Of a stretch of DNA of 64,000 nucleotides, positions 32,601 to 42,530 are shown piece after piece (within the stretch, counting starts at the first letter, position 1; every line of letters starts with the position of its first letter). The stretch is from assembly GCA_963826785.1 (NCBI GenBank), contig CAWGYD010000006.1:128001-192000 (forward strand), read 5' to 3'. The notes under the pieces are model-generated. The model saw only the letters and a program-made list of their open reading frames with translations, was not told the DNA's origin and did not search any database. This DNA comes from an uncultured delta proteobacterium (GTDB lineage Bacteria; Desulfobacterota; Desulfobacteria; Desulfobacterales; Desulfosalsimonadaceae). The translations under genes were made by a program, and so were the position numbers.

Positions 32601-35600
32601 ACACCTTTATCCAGCACTGGAAGGAGCATGCCCCCGAAAAGATACCCGGCCTCACAGAAGGATATTTCAGCGGGCTGCAGCAGGGCGACCTGGAGTTTGC
32701 CGGCCATAACCTGATGGTCAAGGATGACAATCTCTACCTCATCGGCACCCCGCTTCCCGAAATGGATGCGGAGCTTCGCAAAAGCAAGGAAAGCTTGAAA
32801 AAACTCGGCCAGGTATCCGACATGCACCTGGTGCAGATCCTTCATCAGGTCGTCTTGAACCTTCAGGGACATGGCCTTTTGCCGGGGAGGCTTTCGGGGG
32901 AATCCTATGATGAAGAAAAGATGCTGGACATCCATCTGGCCGCCAATGACAAGACATGCCTTTTTCATTTCTATGTGAACAAACTCATCTTGAACTACCT
33001 GTTCGGCGATGATGATCAGGCCTGCCGCATGTCGGAGCAGATGATGAAATATATTGACGGGGCCCGGGGCATCTTCTTCTATCCCGCCGCTTTTTTTTAT
33101 GATTCCCTGGCCCGGCTCCGCTCAGCCGGGCCGGGGGGCCGGATATCAAAGGTGAAAGCCCTGCTGCGCGCGGCGCGAAACCAGAAAAAAATGAAAAAGT
33201 GGGCCGGTCACTGCCCGGAAAACTACCTGCACAAGTATCATCTGGTGGAGGCCGAGATCGCCCGGATCAAAAGGCGGGACCGGCGGGCCGTCGAGCTGTA
33301 TAAACGCGCCATCGAGGGTGCCCGGAAAAACGGGTTTTTCCAGGAAGCCGCGCTTGCCTGCGAATGCATGGCTCGATTTTATCTCGATCGCGGCATCGCG
33401 GAATTTGCCGGTGCCTGCATGACTCAGGCCCGCAGTTTGTATGCGGACTGGGGAGCCCACGCCAAGGTGCGGCACCTGGAAGAAAACTACCAGGCGCTTC
33501 TGCCGGCGCCCCTTGAGCCCTCTGCGGTTGACGAAATCCGGGATGAAGCGCCATCAAAGGGTTTGTCCAAGGGTGACCGGTTCGATCTGTCGGCCATGAT
33601 CAAAATATCGCAGGCCATCTCCAGTGAAATTCATCTCGATAAGCTGCTGATCATCCTGATGCATTTGATCATGGAAAATTCCGGTGCGGAAAAAGCCCTG
33701 CTGGTCCTGGACCGGGAGGGCCGGCTGGTGGTGGATGCCAGATCTGTTGCCAAAACAGACGAAATCGACGTCCTGCAGTCCATTCCCGTTGAAGAAAGCG
33801 AAGATCTCTGCACCGGCGTCATCAATTACGCAAAAAGGACCGGGGCGCCCCTGGTATTGGACGATGCCCTGGAAAATGACCGCTTTTCCCGGGATGCCTA
33901 CATCCGGCAACACAGGATCCGCTCGGTGCTCTGCCTGCCGCTCATCCGCCAGCGGCGCACCATCGGCCTGATCTACCTGGAAAACAATCTTACCCCCAAT
34001 GCCTTTACCCCGGACCGGCTTGAAATGATCACGCTGCTATCGACCCAGGCCGCCAACTGCCTGGAAAATGCCATTTTCTTCGAAGCGGCCCTGGAAGCGG
34101 AAAAACAGGCGCGGAAACAGCAGGTGCAGTACCAGAAGCTCATCGAAACCATGAATGACGGCCTGGCCATCATCGATCCGGAGCTGCACATCGCCTTTGT
34201 CAACCCCGCCCTCTGCCGGATGACCGGTTATGCGGCGGAGGAAATCATCGGCCGGCCGGCCATCGATTTTCTCGATGATCAAAACCAGGAGAAACTCGAA
34301 GAAGAAGTCTCCAACTGGACGGACCGGGATCGCCATGTATTTGAAGTGGATGTGCTGGGCAAAAACGGCCGGGCGATTTCCACCATTGTTTCCCCGAAGC
34401 CCATTTATGACGCGGATGGCGAATTTGCCGGATTTCTGGGAATCGTGACCGATGTCACGGATCTCAAAAAAGCGGAAAAGGAAAAAGAACTGGCCCAGAC
34501 CCAGCTGCTCCAGAGCCAGAAACTGGAAGCCATCGGCACGCTGGCCGGCGGAATTGCCCATGACTTCAACAATTATCTCACCACCATCCTGGGGTCCATC
34601 GACCTGATCCAGATGAAGATGGATCGGCCGGAAAGCCTGAAAAAGAATCTCGCCCACATCAGGCATGCCGCTGAATCTTCCGCCGCGCTGACCCGGCAGC
34701 TGCTGGCCTTCGGGAGGGTTCAGATGCTGGAGATGACGCCCATAAATTTAAACAGGGTGGTTCCGGTCATCGAGATGATGCTGAAAAGGCTCATCGGAGA
34801 AAATATCCAGCTGATCACCCGTCTGTCTCCTGATTTGAAGCCGGTCAAAGCGGACTTCGGGCAAATGGAGCAGGTGATCATGAATCTTGCCGTCAATGCC
34901 CGGGATGCCATGCCCGACGGCGGCTGTTTGTACCTGAAAACGGACAACGTCGTCATTGATGCGGCTGTTGCACAAAGGATCTCGGATGCCGCGGCCGGAG
35001 AATTCGTCCGTCTGACGGTTGAAGACACCGGTTCGGGAATGGACAACCCCACCTTAGAAAAAATATTTGATCCATTTTTTTCCAACAAAGCCCTCGGCCA
35101 GGGGACCGGGCTGGGGCTGTCCGTGGTGTACGGCGTGGTCAAACAGCATCAGGGCTGGATCAATGTTTACAGCGAACCGGGCAGAGGAACCGCATTCAAC
35201 ATTTACCTGCCGGTCTCAGCGGGCGCCGCATCAGATATCCAATCCGATGCCGGTGGGGAAACGGGGATTGAAACGTGCCCTTATGCGGGAAACCAGCAGC
35301 GGGTCCTGTTGATCGAGGACCAGCCGGAAGTCCGGGAAGTGGTGAACATCGCATTGACTGAAAGCGGCTACATTGTGCGGGAGGCGGCAACCCTGCGCGA
35401 AGCCGAGGCCCTGATGGCGCAGGAAGACGAAAATTTCGACCTGCTCTTCAGCGACGTCATCCTGCCGGACGGCAACGGCATGGAATTTGCCGTCAAAATT
35501 ACCGGCCGGAACCCGGAAATAAAGGTCCTGCTCTCTTCCGGCTACACCGAAGAAAAATCCCGTCCGGACACCATCGCCCAAAAACACTTTCATTTTCTCC

Positions 35601-35698
35601 AGAAACCGTATCCCCTGACCGTCATGCTCGAAACCGTGAACCGGATACTGTCGGGCAATCATGAAATCAGACGGCCGCCCGCCATATCCCGATCATGA
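29657..35698 (+). CDS. Hybrid Ser/Thr kinase-like / AAA ATPase / GAF / PAS / histidine kinase / receiver protein (HstK-type)
   Basis: YMAPEQTGRMNR, DYRADLYSLG; GPPGIGKS, VDDLQWAD; GAF SVLCLPL..IYLENN; PAS; AHDFNN; GTGLGL; SDVILPD. Confidence 0.93.
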   Translation: MKSIRDFRLEKEINRRFCSTFYLAHQNVSEKAVYIEVVDVSGISALEKARIKQAYERIKALDHPHVVSIYDIFEHQTFLAIVTEPFAGSPLYAGLAPGEIDMDEFLRVAVVLSRTLGDIHGRGITHQSITPNAVLYDESKDLIKITGFGVSGLINRIHEDIYDQAVIKTVLPYMAPEQTGRMNRSVDYRADLYSLGILCYELLTGVVPFASEDPVEIIHAQIAIMPPPPVEKNPAVAETLSDIVMKLISKTVEDRYQSSYGVMHDFMECARQITENGSIGRFVIGSRDIAPGLHLPEKLFGREVEMRMLIDAFDRAARGGNEVFLVAGPPGIGKSTLINEIQKSVVARRANFISGKAERDKQDIPYYPIIQALENLAQKILCEPDAHIQAWKTAILQAVGAGSRMITDLVPAFSHIIGPQPNLAPTGTDLTHHRVSYIFKEFVNVCATRQHPLIIFVDDLQWADAASLGFIRMLSVEPEIQCLLIIGAYRDNGLDLLHPLIHWMNEMHQQGAVVNTVVLPPLPVPNVHQMVTGLLKREDPSSFGFAEMICRKTGGNPFFIRQFIKMLYEKNVLMLNPESGWMWDPGKVADIRVTDNVVDFIAAKVASLPDAIRETLKICACCGNRFNLEAVTAIASRTLEAAVAEITIAADRGMVFFEAGTGVFTHDRIREGIYQLISPDEKIRMHHRIGRYMLENTPPAQLDEAIEDIVNHFNMARDSITSVSEQCRAADLNRRAGEKAIASGAFESAYQYFKAGLGFIEKDHQSNGDAGSGWQTDYDLMLALYSGCAEAAYLNTDYDEMDRYTDEIIRRARTINDTIPARIVLLHSLMARNKLHSVIRSGLSVLNSLGVIFPGRPTKLHVLLAFLRIKRYLRGKSPEDFLDLPMNENPAIQAQVDLMATLTSTAFWTTPNLLPLIVFRLMRTFSSHGNTDFSPYVYAGYGFMLCALGDIDEGYSYGMMALELLKRMDNPKYKARTLMVFNTFIQHWKEHAPEKIPGLTEGYFSGLQQGDLEFAGHNLMVKDDNLYLIGTPLPEMDAELRKSKESLKKLGQVSDMHLVQILHQVVLNLQGHGLLPGRLSGESYDEEKMLDIHLAANDKTCLFHFYVNKLILNYLFGDDDQACRMSEQMMKYIDGARGIFFYPAAFFYDSLARLRSAGPGGRISKVKALLRAARNQKKMKKWAGHCPENYLHKYHLVEAEIARIKRRDRRAVELYKRAIEGARKNGFFQEAALACECMARFYLDRGIAEFAGACMTQARSLYADWGAHAKVRHLEENYQALLPAPLEPSAVDEIRDEAPSKGLSKGDRFDLSAMIKISQAISSEIHLDKLLIILMHLIMENSGAEKALLVLDREGRLVVDARSVAKTDEIDVLQSIPVEESEDLCTGVINYAKRTGAPLVLDDALENDRFSRDAYIRQHRIRSVLCLPLIRQRRTIGLIYLENNLTPNAFTPDRLEMITLLSTQAANCLENAIFFEAALEAEKQARKQQVQYQKLIETMNDGLAIIDPELHIAFVNPALCRMTGYAAEEIIGRPAIDFLDDQNQEKLEEEVSNWTDRDRHVFEVDVLGKNGRAISTIVSPKPIYDADGEFAGFLGIVTDVTDLKKAEKEKELAQTQLLQSQKLEAIGTLAGGIAHDFNNYLTTILGSIDLIQMKMDRPESLKKNLAHIRHAAESSAALTRQLLAFGRVQMLEMTPINLNRVVPVIEMMLKRLIGENIQLITRLSPDLKPVKADFGQMEQVIMNLAVNARDAMPDGGCLYLKTDNVVIDAAVAQRISDAAAGEFVRLTVEDTGSGMDNPTLEKIFDPFFSNKALGQGTGLGLSVVYGVVKQHQGWINVYSEPGRGTAFNIYLPVSAGAASDIQSDAGGETGIETCPYAGNQQRVLLIEDQPEVREVVNIALTESGYIVREAATLREAEALMAQEDENFDLLFSDVILPDGNGMEFAVKITGRNPEIKVLLSSGYTEEKSRPDTIAQKHFHFLQKPYPLTVMLETVNRILSGNHEIRRPPAISRS

Positions 35699-35835
35699 CG
35701 GGCCTGGCCATGGCTTTCCAGATGCTTCAGAATCCGCTTTTTCCGATTCCGGGCCGTTCACTGATGCTTTCTGGCTGCTGATGCCGTAGTTGCTGCGGAC
35801 GGGATACTGCATTGACGGCAATGGGGGGGCGGTTG

Positions 35836-35864
35836 TTGAATCCGTCTGGGAGCGCGGCTATAAT
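35836..35864 (+). promoter_or_regulatory. Sigma70-like promoter
   Basis: TTGAAT-17 bp-TATAAT upstream of ATG 35948. Confidence 0.5.
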
Positions 35865-35947
35865 GAAAAGACCAGGGCGCTCATCCGTGAATGGCTGTTG
35901 AACCGGGTCAAATTGTTCGGAAGAATCTCACTGATAAAGGATAAACC

Positions 35948-37050
35948 ATGGACAACCCTGCCTATTTGAAAATCTGGGAAAAAATAGAGGAATACTTCAT
36001 GACCGCCCCCAAAGACGCCGAGGGCAATCCGCACCCGTCTTTTTTAAAATACCTCGCCCTGGTGTATGCGCCGGAAGAGGCTGAACTGGTGCAGCACATG
36101 AAGCGCCCCGGTCAGTTCACCACCACCGGGGAGATCGCCGCGGCCGCCGGCAAACCGGCCGATGCTGTCCAGGCGGTGCTGGATGCCGTGCACCGGCGAA
36201 ACGGGCTGATCGGGATGGGCGACTGGTTTTCGCTGCCGCCCATGCCGCTTCTGGTCAACAATCACACCTTTTACCCGGAGATCAAAGAAAACGACCTTCA
36301 GGCGGCAGCCCTGTACCAGGATTTTTTCATCAGGGACGAATATTACCGGTACTACGAAGGCTCCAAAAAAGGGACCCCGGTGTTTCGAACCATCCCGGTG
36401 GAAGCCGCCATTGAACCGGAGCAGAAAGTCCTCTCCTCCGAAGAGGCGCATGACCTGATCATGAACCGGGCGCCGGCGGAAATGGCGCTGGTCCCCTGCC
36501 CGTGCCGCACCCGCGACCGAAAAAATGAACATCCGCGAATGCAGGGACAAAAACCCGGTGGCCAGCTGCATCATGATGGGGCCCATCGCCCTCCATTTCG
36601 AAATGCTGGGCCTGGGCCAGGCGGGTCACCCGGGAGGAGGCCGTGGCCTACTTCGATGAGATGCAGGAAAAGGGACTGGTGGGCCAGACCGACAACGCCA
36701 TGGACGGCGTATCGATTATCTGCATGTGCTGCGGCTGCTGCTGCTCGCAATTGCGGGGCCGGACCCGGTGGGACAACATGTCGGCCATTCTGCCGTCGAA
36801 TTTCATCCCCCGGTCCGGCGATGACTGCGCCGCCTGCGGCATCTGCGTGGACAGATGCTGGTTCGGGGCGCTCTCCATCGACGAGGCCCAGGAACGATCC
36901 GTGGTCGACCCGGAAAAATGCATCGGCTGCGGCGTCTGCACACTCGCCTGCCCCCAGGAAACCCTCAAGCTTTACCGCTATGAAAGGGCAACACCGTTTG
37001 AGACGGCAAAAGAGATGGTCAAAACCATTGCGAAGGAGAACAGGGAGTAA
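35948..37050 (+). CDS. 4Fe-4S dicluster ferredoxin-domain protein (frameshifted at ~36515 and ~36618)
   Basis: CPCR, ICMCCGCCC, CAACGICVDRC, CIGCGVCTLACP; bridging frame TEKMNIRECRDKNPVASCIMMG. Confidence 0.85.
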
Positions 37051-37090
37051 GCGGGAATAATTGCATACTGTCTTCGCCTTGAAAGTCTGC

Positions 37091-37312
37091 CTACCGTTCT
37101 CTTCCTTTTCTGATAATATCCACAATTTCTTTTGTTGTAATTTTCGCCTTGATGGACGGCACATCGAGCGGAGAAGCCATATTATTCTCCTCCGGAACCA
37201 ATGCAAAAGTTCGGCCGTCTTTTCTTCGAATCAGTACTTTTCCGGTGCTTTCCGCCTGCTCAAGCACCAGGGCCAGCTTTTGTCTGGCCTCTGAATATGT
37301 ATAGACCTGCAT
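37091..37312 (-). CDS. Phd/YefM-family antitoxin (no adjacent toxin)
   Basis: MQVYTYSEARQKLALVLEQA...VLIRRKDG. Confidence 0.85.
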   Translation of the reverse strand: MQVYTYSEARQKLALVLEQAESTGKVLIRRKDGRTFALVPEENNMASPLDVPSIKAKITTKEIVDIIRKGRER

Positions 37313-37345
37313 TTATACATCCAATATCAAATACATTTTATCCGC

Positions 37346-37374
37346 TTGACAACTGTCACGTGATTGTTTACAGT
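37346..37374 (+). promoter_or_regulatory. higBA promoter with palindromic operator
   Basis: TTGACA-17 bp-TACAGT, 6 nt before ATG; imperfect palindrome centred on TCACGTGA in the spacer. Confidence 0.65.
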
Positions 37375-37380
37375 GCATCT

Positions 37381-37662
37381 ATGATAAAAACGTTTGCTGA
37401 TAAAGAAACCCAAAAATTATTCGTTTCCGGCAAATCAAAACGCATACCTTCCGATTTATTGAGAAGGGCAATAAGGCGTTTAGAATCTATCCATTTTGCA
37501 AGTGACATAAATGACCTTTTGGTGCCTCCCAGCAACAGGCTCCATGCGCTAAAAGGCGATAGAGACGGGCAGTATTCCATATCGATAAATGACCAGTGGC
37601 GAATTTGTTTCCGTTTCATCGAAGGCGATGCTTACGATGTTGAAATAGCCGATTACCATTAA
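37381..37662 (+). CDS. higB: HigB toxin (RelE superfamily)
   Basis: MIKTFADKET, PPSNRLHALKGDRDGQYSISINDQWRICFRF, VEIADYH. Confidence 0.93.
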   Translation: MIKTFADKETQKLFVSGKSKRIPSDLLRRAIRRLESIHFASDINDLLVPPSNRLHALKGDRDGQYSISINDQWRICFRFIEGDAYDVEIADYH

Positions 37663-37673
37663 GGATTGAAACC

Positions 37674-38000
37674 ATGGCCATCCCCAATACAATAAAGCGA
37701 GAAATCAGACCGACTCATCCCGGTGAAATGCTCAGAGAAGATTTCATGCCGGACTATGGTCTTAACACAGCCTCAATGGCAGAGGCTTTAGGCGTATCAC
37801 GCCAAACCATAAATGAAATTTTAAGAGAACGACGCGCTATCAGTCCTGCTATGGCGCTCAGATTGTCACGTCTTTTTGGCAATTCACCCGAATTCTGGTT
37901 GAATATGCAGCATTCATGGGATCTTTGGGAATCAGCACAGCGATATAGTAAGGAATTATCACAAATCCAACCTCTGAATGCCGCACGAACGAATAGATAG
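37674..38000 (+). CDS. higA: HigA antitoxin
   Basis: PTHPGEMLREDF, LGVSRQTINEI, MALRLSRLFGNSPEFWLNMQ. Confidence 0.95.
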   Translation: MAIPNTIKREIRPTHPGEMLREDFMPDYGLNTASMAEALGVSRQTINEILRERRAISPAMALRLSRLFGNSPEFWLNMQHSWDLWESAQRYSKELSQIQPLNAARTNR

Positions 38001-38033
38001 AAATCTCCTCCGCCCGGACATTCATAGCATGCA

Positions 38034-38318
38034 TTATGAAATTCTCGCGACTTTGATGTTAAGCGCTTCGGCAATCCGGTTTGCCATATCAGGTATAAGT
38101 CTGCGTTTACCCCGTTCATAATCACTGATCATATTTTGCCGAATCCCAAGCTGTTCGGCAAGTTGAGATTGTGACAGGTTCGCCTTGAGCCGGGCGGCGG
38201 AAAGAAGGTTGCCGATCCTGTTTGACTGCATTTCCTTCCAGAAATCAGTTTCTTCGATAGCAATGCGTTCATCGCTATCGGAGGTAAGAATGTTCACTTC
38301 ATATTTTTTACGGTCCAT
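38034..38318 (-). CDS. XRE-family HTH protein (antitoxin-like, possibly 5'-truncated)
   Basis: LSAARLKANLSQSQLAEQLGIRQNMISDYERGKRRL. Confidence 0.75.
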   Translation of the reverse strand: MDRKKYEVNILTSDSDERIAIEETDFWKEMQSNRIGNLLSAARLKANLSQSQLAEQLGIRQNMISDYERGKRRLIPDMANRIAEALNIKVARIS

Positions 38319-38339
38319 TCAATGTGCTCATAGATTTAT

Positions 38340-39791
38340 CTATTCTCCGGCCTTTCTCGCCACGATCCGGCCGCTGCTGATCACGGTATGGATATCTTGC
38401 GTGCGGTCAATGTCTTCTCTGAAATCGCCGTTTAAGATCACCAGGTCGGCGGGTCCGCCTTCGGCGATGCGGCCGAGCCCTTTCTCCCCGGTCAGCACCG
38501 CCAGGTGGTCCCCGGATACCGAAGTGGCCGCGGCCACGGCTTCTGCCGGCGTAAACCCGCATTTTTCCACCAGCAGGCGCATTTCCGTGTGCAGGGAACC
38601 GCCGGCCACCGTGCCCACATTGGGGCTGTCGCTTCCCGCGATGATGGTGATCCCGGCCGACTTCATCCGGCGGACCGTATCATATTTCATCTCCCGGTAG
38701 ATCACCACGTCATGTATCCAGCTGTTCAGCTGGGGATCATCCCTGTCCAGGGCGCCTTCGGGCATGTTGACGTAGGCGTCGAGAATGTGCGGATCGATGA
38801 TCTGATGCTCCATTTCGGTAAAGGTCAGTGTATCGCCGAAAAAATCCACCGAATTTTCAAACGCCACCAGGGTGGGGATCACCACCGCATTTTGGTCTGC
38901 CATTTTCAAAATGGTGGCATTGGACACGGATGACCGGTAGGGGGCATGGGCGAAAAACCGCACCCCGGCATCCAGTCCGGTGAGCAGGTCCGATTCGGAG
39001 CCCACATGGGAGCAGACCGTCAGCCCCGCTTTTTCCGATTCTTTTACGATTTCGGCAATCAGATCTTCGTAAAGGCACGGGATGCCCAAGGGAATCTGAT
39101 CCACCATGATCTTGGTCAGGGTGGCGCCATGGGCCTTGTTTTCCAATATCGCGGGGCCCGCGTCGGCCGGTTCCTCGATCAGGTGGCAGACCTTGCCGAT
39201 GATGATGGTATCCATGGGCCAGGGGATGATCTCCCTTAACAACCGGTCGGGGTGCCCCCCTTTCCGGGTGAACATCTTCCCCGCATAGAAGAACCGGGGA
39301 TTGATTTTCTGCTCCGCCTCGATGTCGGATTTGAGTTTTTCCAGGTCAAGGAGTGATCCGCCCATGTCGTAGACGGTGGTGATCCCCGCAAACAGGTAGG
39401 AGGAGAGATTTCTGCGGACCAGGTGGTCATTGGGCAGGACCGGGTCCCAGGGGGCGCACCCCGATGAGGTGATATGGATGTGGGCATCGATCAACCCCGG
39501 GATCACCATCCTGCCGGCCGCATCAATCACCCGGGCATCGAAATCCGATGGATTCATATCTCCAATGGACGTGATCCGGCCGTCTTCGATGAGAATATCA
39601 ACCCCTTCCATCACCGCCGCGTCCGGGTCGCCCGTGAACACGGCCGCATCGCAAATCAGGATCGGCCGGTCCGCCGCCTCTTTTTCGGCCAGGGGACCCA
39701 GCTTGGGGGAATATACGCATCCGGCCAGGAGCAGCAGGACTGCCGAACAGATGATCCCGATTCCGATGGCGGTTATTCCGGCACGATTCAT
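38340..39791 (-). CDS. Lipoprotein metal-dependent amidohydrolase (paralog 2)
   Basis: Lipobox LAGC, PGLIDAHIH, AGSDS; collinear with 22177-23637. Confidence 0.9.
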   Translation of the reverse strand: MNRAGITAIGIGIICSAVLLLLAGCVYSPKLGPLAEKEAADRPILICDAAVFTGDPDAAVMEGVDILIEDGRITSIGDMNPSDFDARVIDAAGRMVIPGLIDAHIHITSSGCAPWDPVLPNDHLVRRNLSSYLFAGITTVYDMGGSLLDLEKLKSDIEAEQKINPRFFYAGKMFTRKGGHPDRLLREIIPWPMDTIIIGKVCHLIEEPADAGPAILENKAHGATLTKIMVDQIPLGIPCLYEDLIAEIVKESEKAGLTVCSHVGSESDLLTGLDAGVRFFAHAPYRSSVSNATILKMADQNAVVIPTLVAFENSVDFFGDTLTFTEMEHQIIDPHILDAYVNMPEGALDRDDPQLNSWIHDVVIYREMKYDTVRRMKSAGITIIAGSDSPNVGTVAGGSLHTEMRLLVEKCGFTPAEAVAAATSVSGDHLAVLTGEKGLGRIAEGGPADLVILNGDFREDIDRTQDIHTVISSGRIVARKAGE

Positions 39792-39856
39792 TTTTTCCTC
39801 CCCTCCATTATAAATAGCCGAATGGCAATGCACTGAAAATTTCTGCTAATCTCAAT

Positions 39857-40615
39857 TCATTTCCTTTGTTTTCCGGGGGCTGACTTTCGATAAAATTTCT
39901 TCACCTTTGCTTTGGCTGCATCTGCTTCTTCCCCTTCAACCAACTCACGTTTTAGGACTTCTGTCCGAATGATTTGTTCAATATCAGAAGTTTCCACCTT
40001 GACCCCCTCCGCAAGGCGCCGGATTTCGCGTCGAAGTAGGTTAAGAACGGGTTCGCTTAAAATCAAGTTTCCGATCACATAACGATTAATGTTTTGAACC
40101 TTTTCATAGAAATCCTCGCGGACATTTTTGCATAAGCCTTCTTTTGATAGCATGAAGAGACATTCAATATCTTTTGGGTCCTTAGGGTTTAATTTCGAAA
40201 AATCAAAACTGCATACAAGATCATGATTTATCGGCTTTTCGAAACGAATACGATAAATCCGCCATTCAAGGCCGTTTGTAAGAATTACCCACTGAACGCC
40301 TTTATTTGCCCCGTAATCTATTGCCTGCTTTACGTGGGCATCTTTCAGGTCAATCCCAATAGCTTTTGCTTCGATCAGGAACTGAGTTTTATCTTCTACC
40401 TTCACAGCCAAATCACAGTATGTTCCTCTGATTGCCAGCTCACTCGTGACTTCAAGATATTTGTCGTATCCGAAAATATCCCCGAAAATATCGTTTATAA
40501 CAGATACAGTATCTGACTCATTGACATCCCGATCTTTTGCGAGCTGGACGATTTTCTGAAATTTTGGAAGATTACTCGTAAAGCGATTAAGAACTTTCTT
40601 CGGAGCACTCGCCAT
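39857..40615 (-). CDS. Stand-alone type I restriction HsdR N-terminal-like PD-(D/E)XK nuclease
   Basis: NESDT, YCDLAV, LIEAKA, QAIDYG, WVILTNGLEWRIY. Confidence 0.85.
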   Translation of the reverse strand: MASAPKKVLNRFTSNLPKFQKIVQLAKDRDVNESDTVSVINDIFGDIFGYDKYLEVTSELAIRGTYCDLAVKVEDKTQFLIEAKAIGIDLKDAHVKQAIDYGANKGVQWVILTNGLEWRIYRIRFEKPINHDLVCSFDFSKLNPKDPKDIECLFMLSKEGLCKNVREDFYEKVQNINRYVIGNLILSEPVLNLLRREIRRLAEGVKVETSDIEQIIRTEVLKRELVEGEEADAAKAKVKKFYRKSAPGKQRK

Positions 40616-40850
40616 GTGACTCTCCTTCCTTTTGGGATTTTACATCATTCACCAATTTATTGGCCTATTCTCAGCAGGATTAAGAATCCACTCTGCAGGG
40701 AGTGGTTCCATCAGCAGTGTCGGTTTTCAAATACTCAATGATCGTACGTCGAAAATTTTCTAAGTCCGTGCCACGATTTTATTTTGGCAGGCCAAATTTT
40801 TTTTCTTACAATAGGTATGCTGTCCCCCGACAGTGTGTCTTCCGACGAAT

Positions 40851-42486
40851 TCAAGCGAATATTTTGCTGGCATTTCGGCTTTCACTATACCGCATCTTTT
40901 TTTTACGGAATTGATTTCCGTTTGTCTTCCAAGTTTCGATAGCTCGTTTGCCCAAGGTGAGCGAAATTTCGTGAAGCACATCTGGATGAGATAGCTCCTT
41001 CCACGTCTTAAATATGAAATGATCGAGGGAGAATCCATCGTCCCTGCGACGGAATATCCACAGCCCACGCCTCGCTGCAAGCGCCAGCACCGTTGACTGA
41101 AGCCGCAGTGCGTAAGACTTGGCTTGAATGAAGGCTTCCCTTAGTTCCTTCTTCGTGAATATTTCAAGTTTGCATTCTATAATTGCAACAGCCTTTTCTT
41201 CACCAGGGTGCGGGTCACCTCCCAATACATAGTCAGGGAAATTGCGTTCCCCGCGACCCATTCTACTGGGAACTGACGAATCCAATCATTCTCCTCAAAG
41301 CCAAGGCGTTTTAGTAATGGTTCAACGAGCATCTGCTCAACAGCACGTTCGTTTTCCAAATCAATATCCGGTAATTCTTCCGCAGCAGGTGCCAAAGGCA
41401 GCAGTGAGCAATCGAAATCCTTGGAACGTAACAAAGCGCATATCGCAGTATATTCCTCGGTGGAAAACGGTGTGCCGCTTGCCCCTTGGAAATGAGCTCG
41501 AACGACAGATTTTTGTCCGAGTACTGGATGGTTACGAAACTCCTTAAATGGAATAGGAACGATCCTTACGGGATGGCCAACACGAATTGCCGAATAGAAA
41601 TAAAAAAAGGGATCGTTAAAACCGTTATCCAAAGCGCGCCAAATAGAATGAAGAGAACTTCTTGGCGAAGCGCACCACATTAAAACGATATCTCCCCGGC
41701 GAGTTTCAAGGCTGCCTTGCCAAAAGCTCACGGATTTTTCTGATATCGTATCAAGGTACTCGAAATCATCATTCCCCACGCCGCCAATAAAAACCATACG
41801 CGGGATGGTAACGGCAATGGATTACTGCTGTGAATTGCAAGATACTTAGGAGCGAAATCATATAGAAAGGCATTGAGTTCTTGTGGCGAAAGCTGGTGAC
41901 GCTTACGGAATTTATAAAGTGCGCGATTGACGGCCAGATAGTAGAGCGCGCGAGCACGTTTCTGCAGCTTGCCTGGGATATCCGGAAGTGTGATGTCAAA
42001 ACATTCACAAATTTTCACGAACTCGTCGAACCGCCTTGAAAAAAAATAGGGGGCGAAGATCTCAGGGTGAGCGTCATGTAGCCCCGCGGACACAATGTCT
42101 ATTGCGCGAAAAACTTCACTGTAACCTGTTGAGTCGGGTTGCCCTCCAGCAAACACTCTCACAAAATGCTTGCCTTCAGCGGCAAAGGGCCACTCCAATC
42201 CGACATCCGCAATTTCGGTAAAAAGGTTTTCCCCATCATTCAAATCTGTAATAGTATGATCACCTGCGTAGTCTCTGATCATCCCGCGCAAATCAACTTC
42301 TTCTCGTCCACAAATTCCATTTTCCTCAGCCTTCCCGTTCGACTCTTCACAGAAAAACATCTGGAATGTATCTGTCTGAGGAACTCCAGAAGCGGAAGCC
42401 AAGTGGCCGGATAGGTCACGTTCAATAGCCGAGTGACCGTCTTTAGAATCGCGATACAAAGTCCATAAGAAACGATTGAATTCCAA
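40851..42486 (-). CDS. Putative restriction nuclease: helical N-terminus + EVE/PUA-like domain + HsdR_N-like PD-(D/E)XK domain (frameshifted at ~41790 and ~41270; 3' end uncertain)
   Basis: Three overlapping ORFs; FWQGSLETRRGDIVLMW; ERAVEQMLVEPLLKRLGF, FPDYVL, IIECKL, QAKSYA. Confidence 0.75.
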
Positions 42487-42530
42487 TGTTCATTCTCATA
42501 GATATTCGATGAATAGTATTATGCTTGTCC

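Noticed and set aside
37981..38030. attC after higA (GCACGAAC near stop)
   Set aside because: No hairpin and no complementary GTTCGTG core upstream of higB
39857..42486. Complete type I restriction-modification system
   Set aside because: No methyltransferase, specificity or helicase subunits
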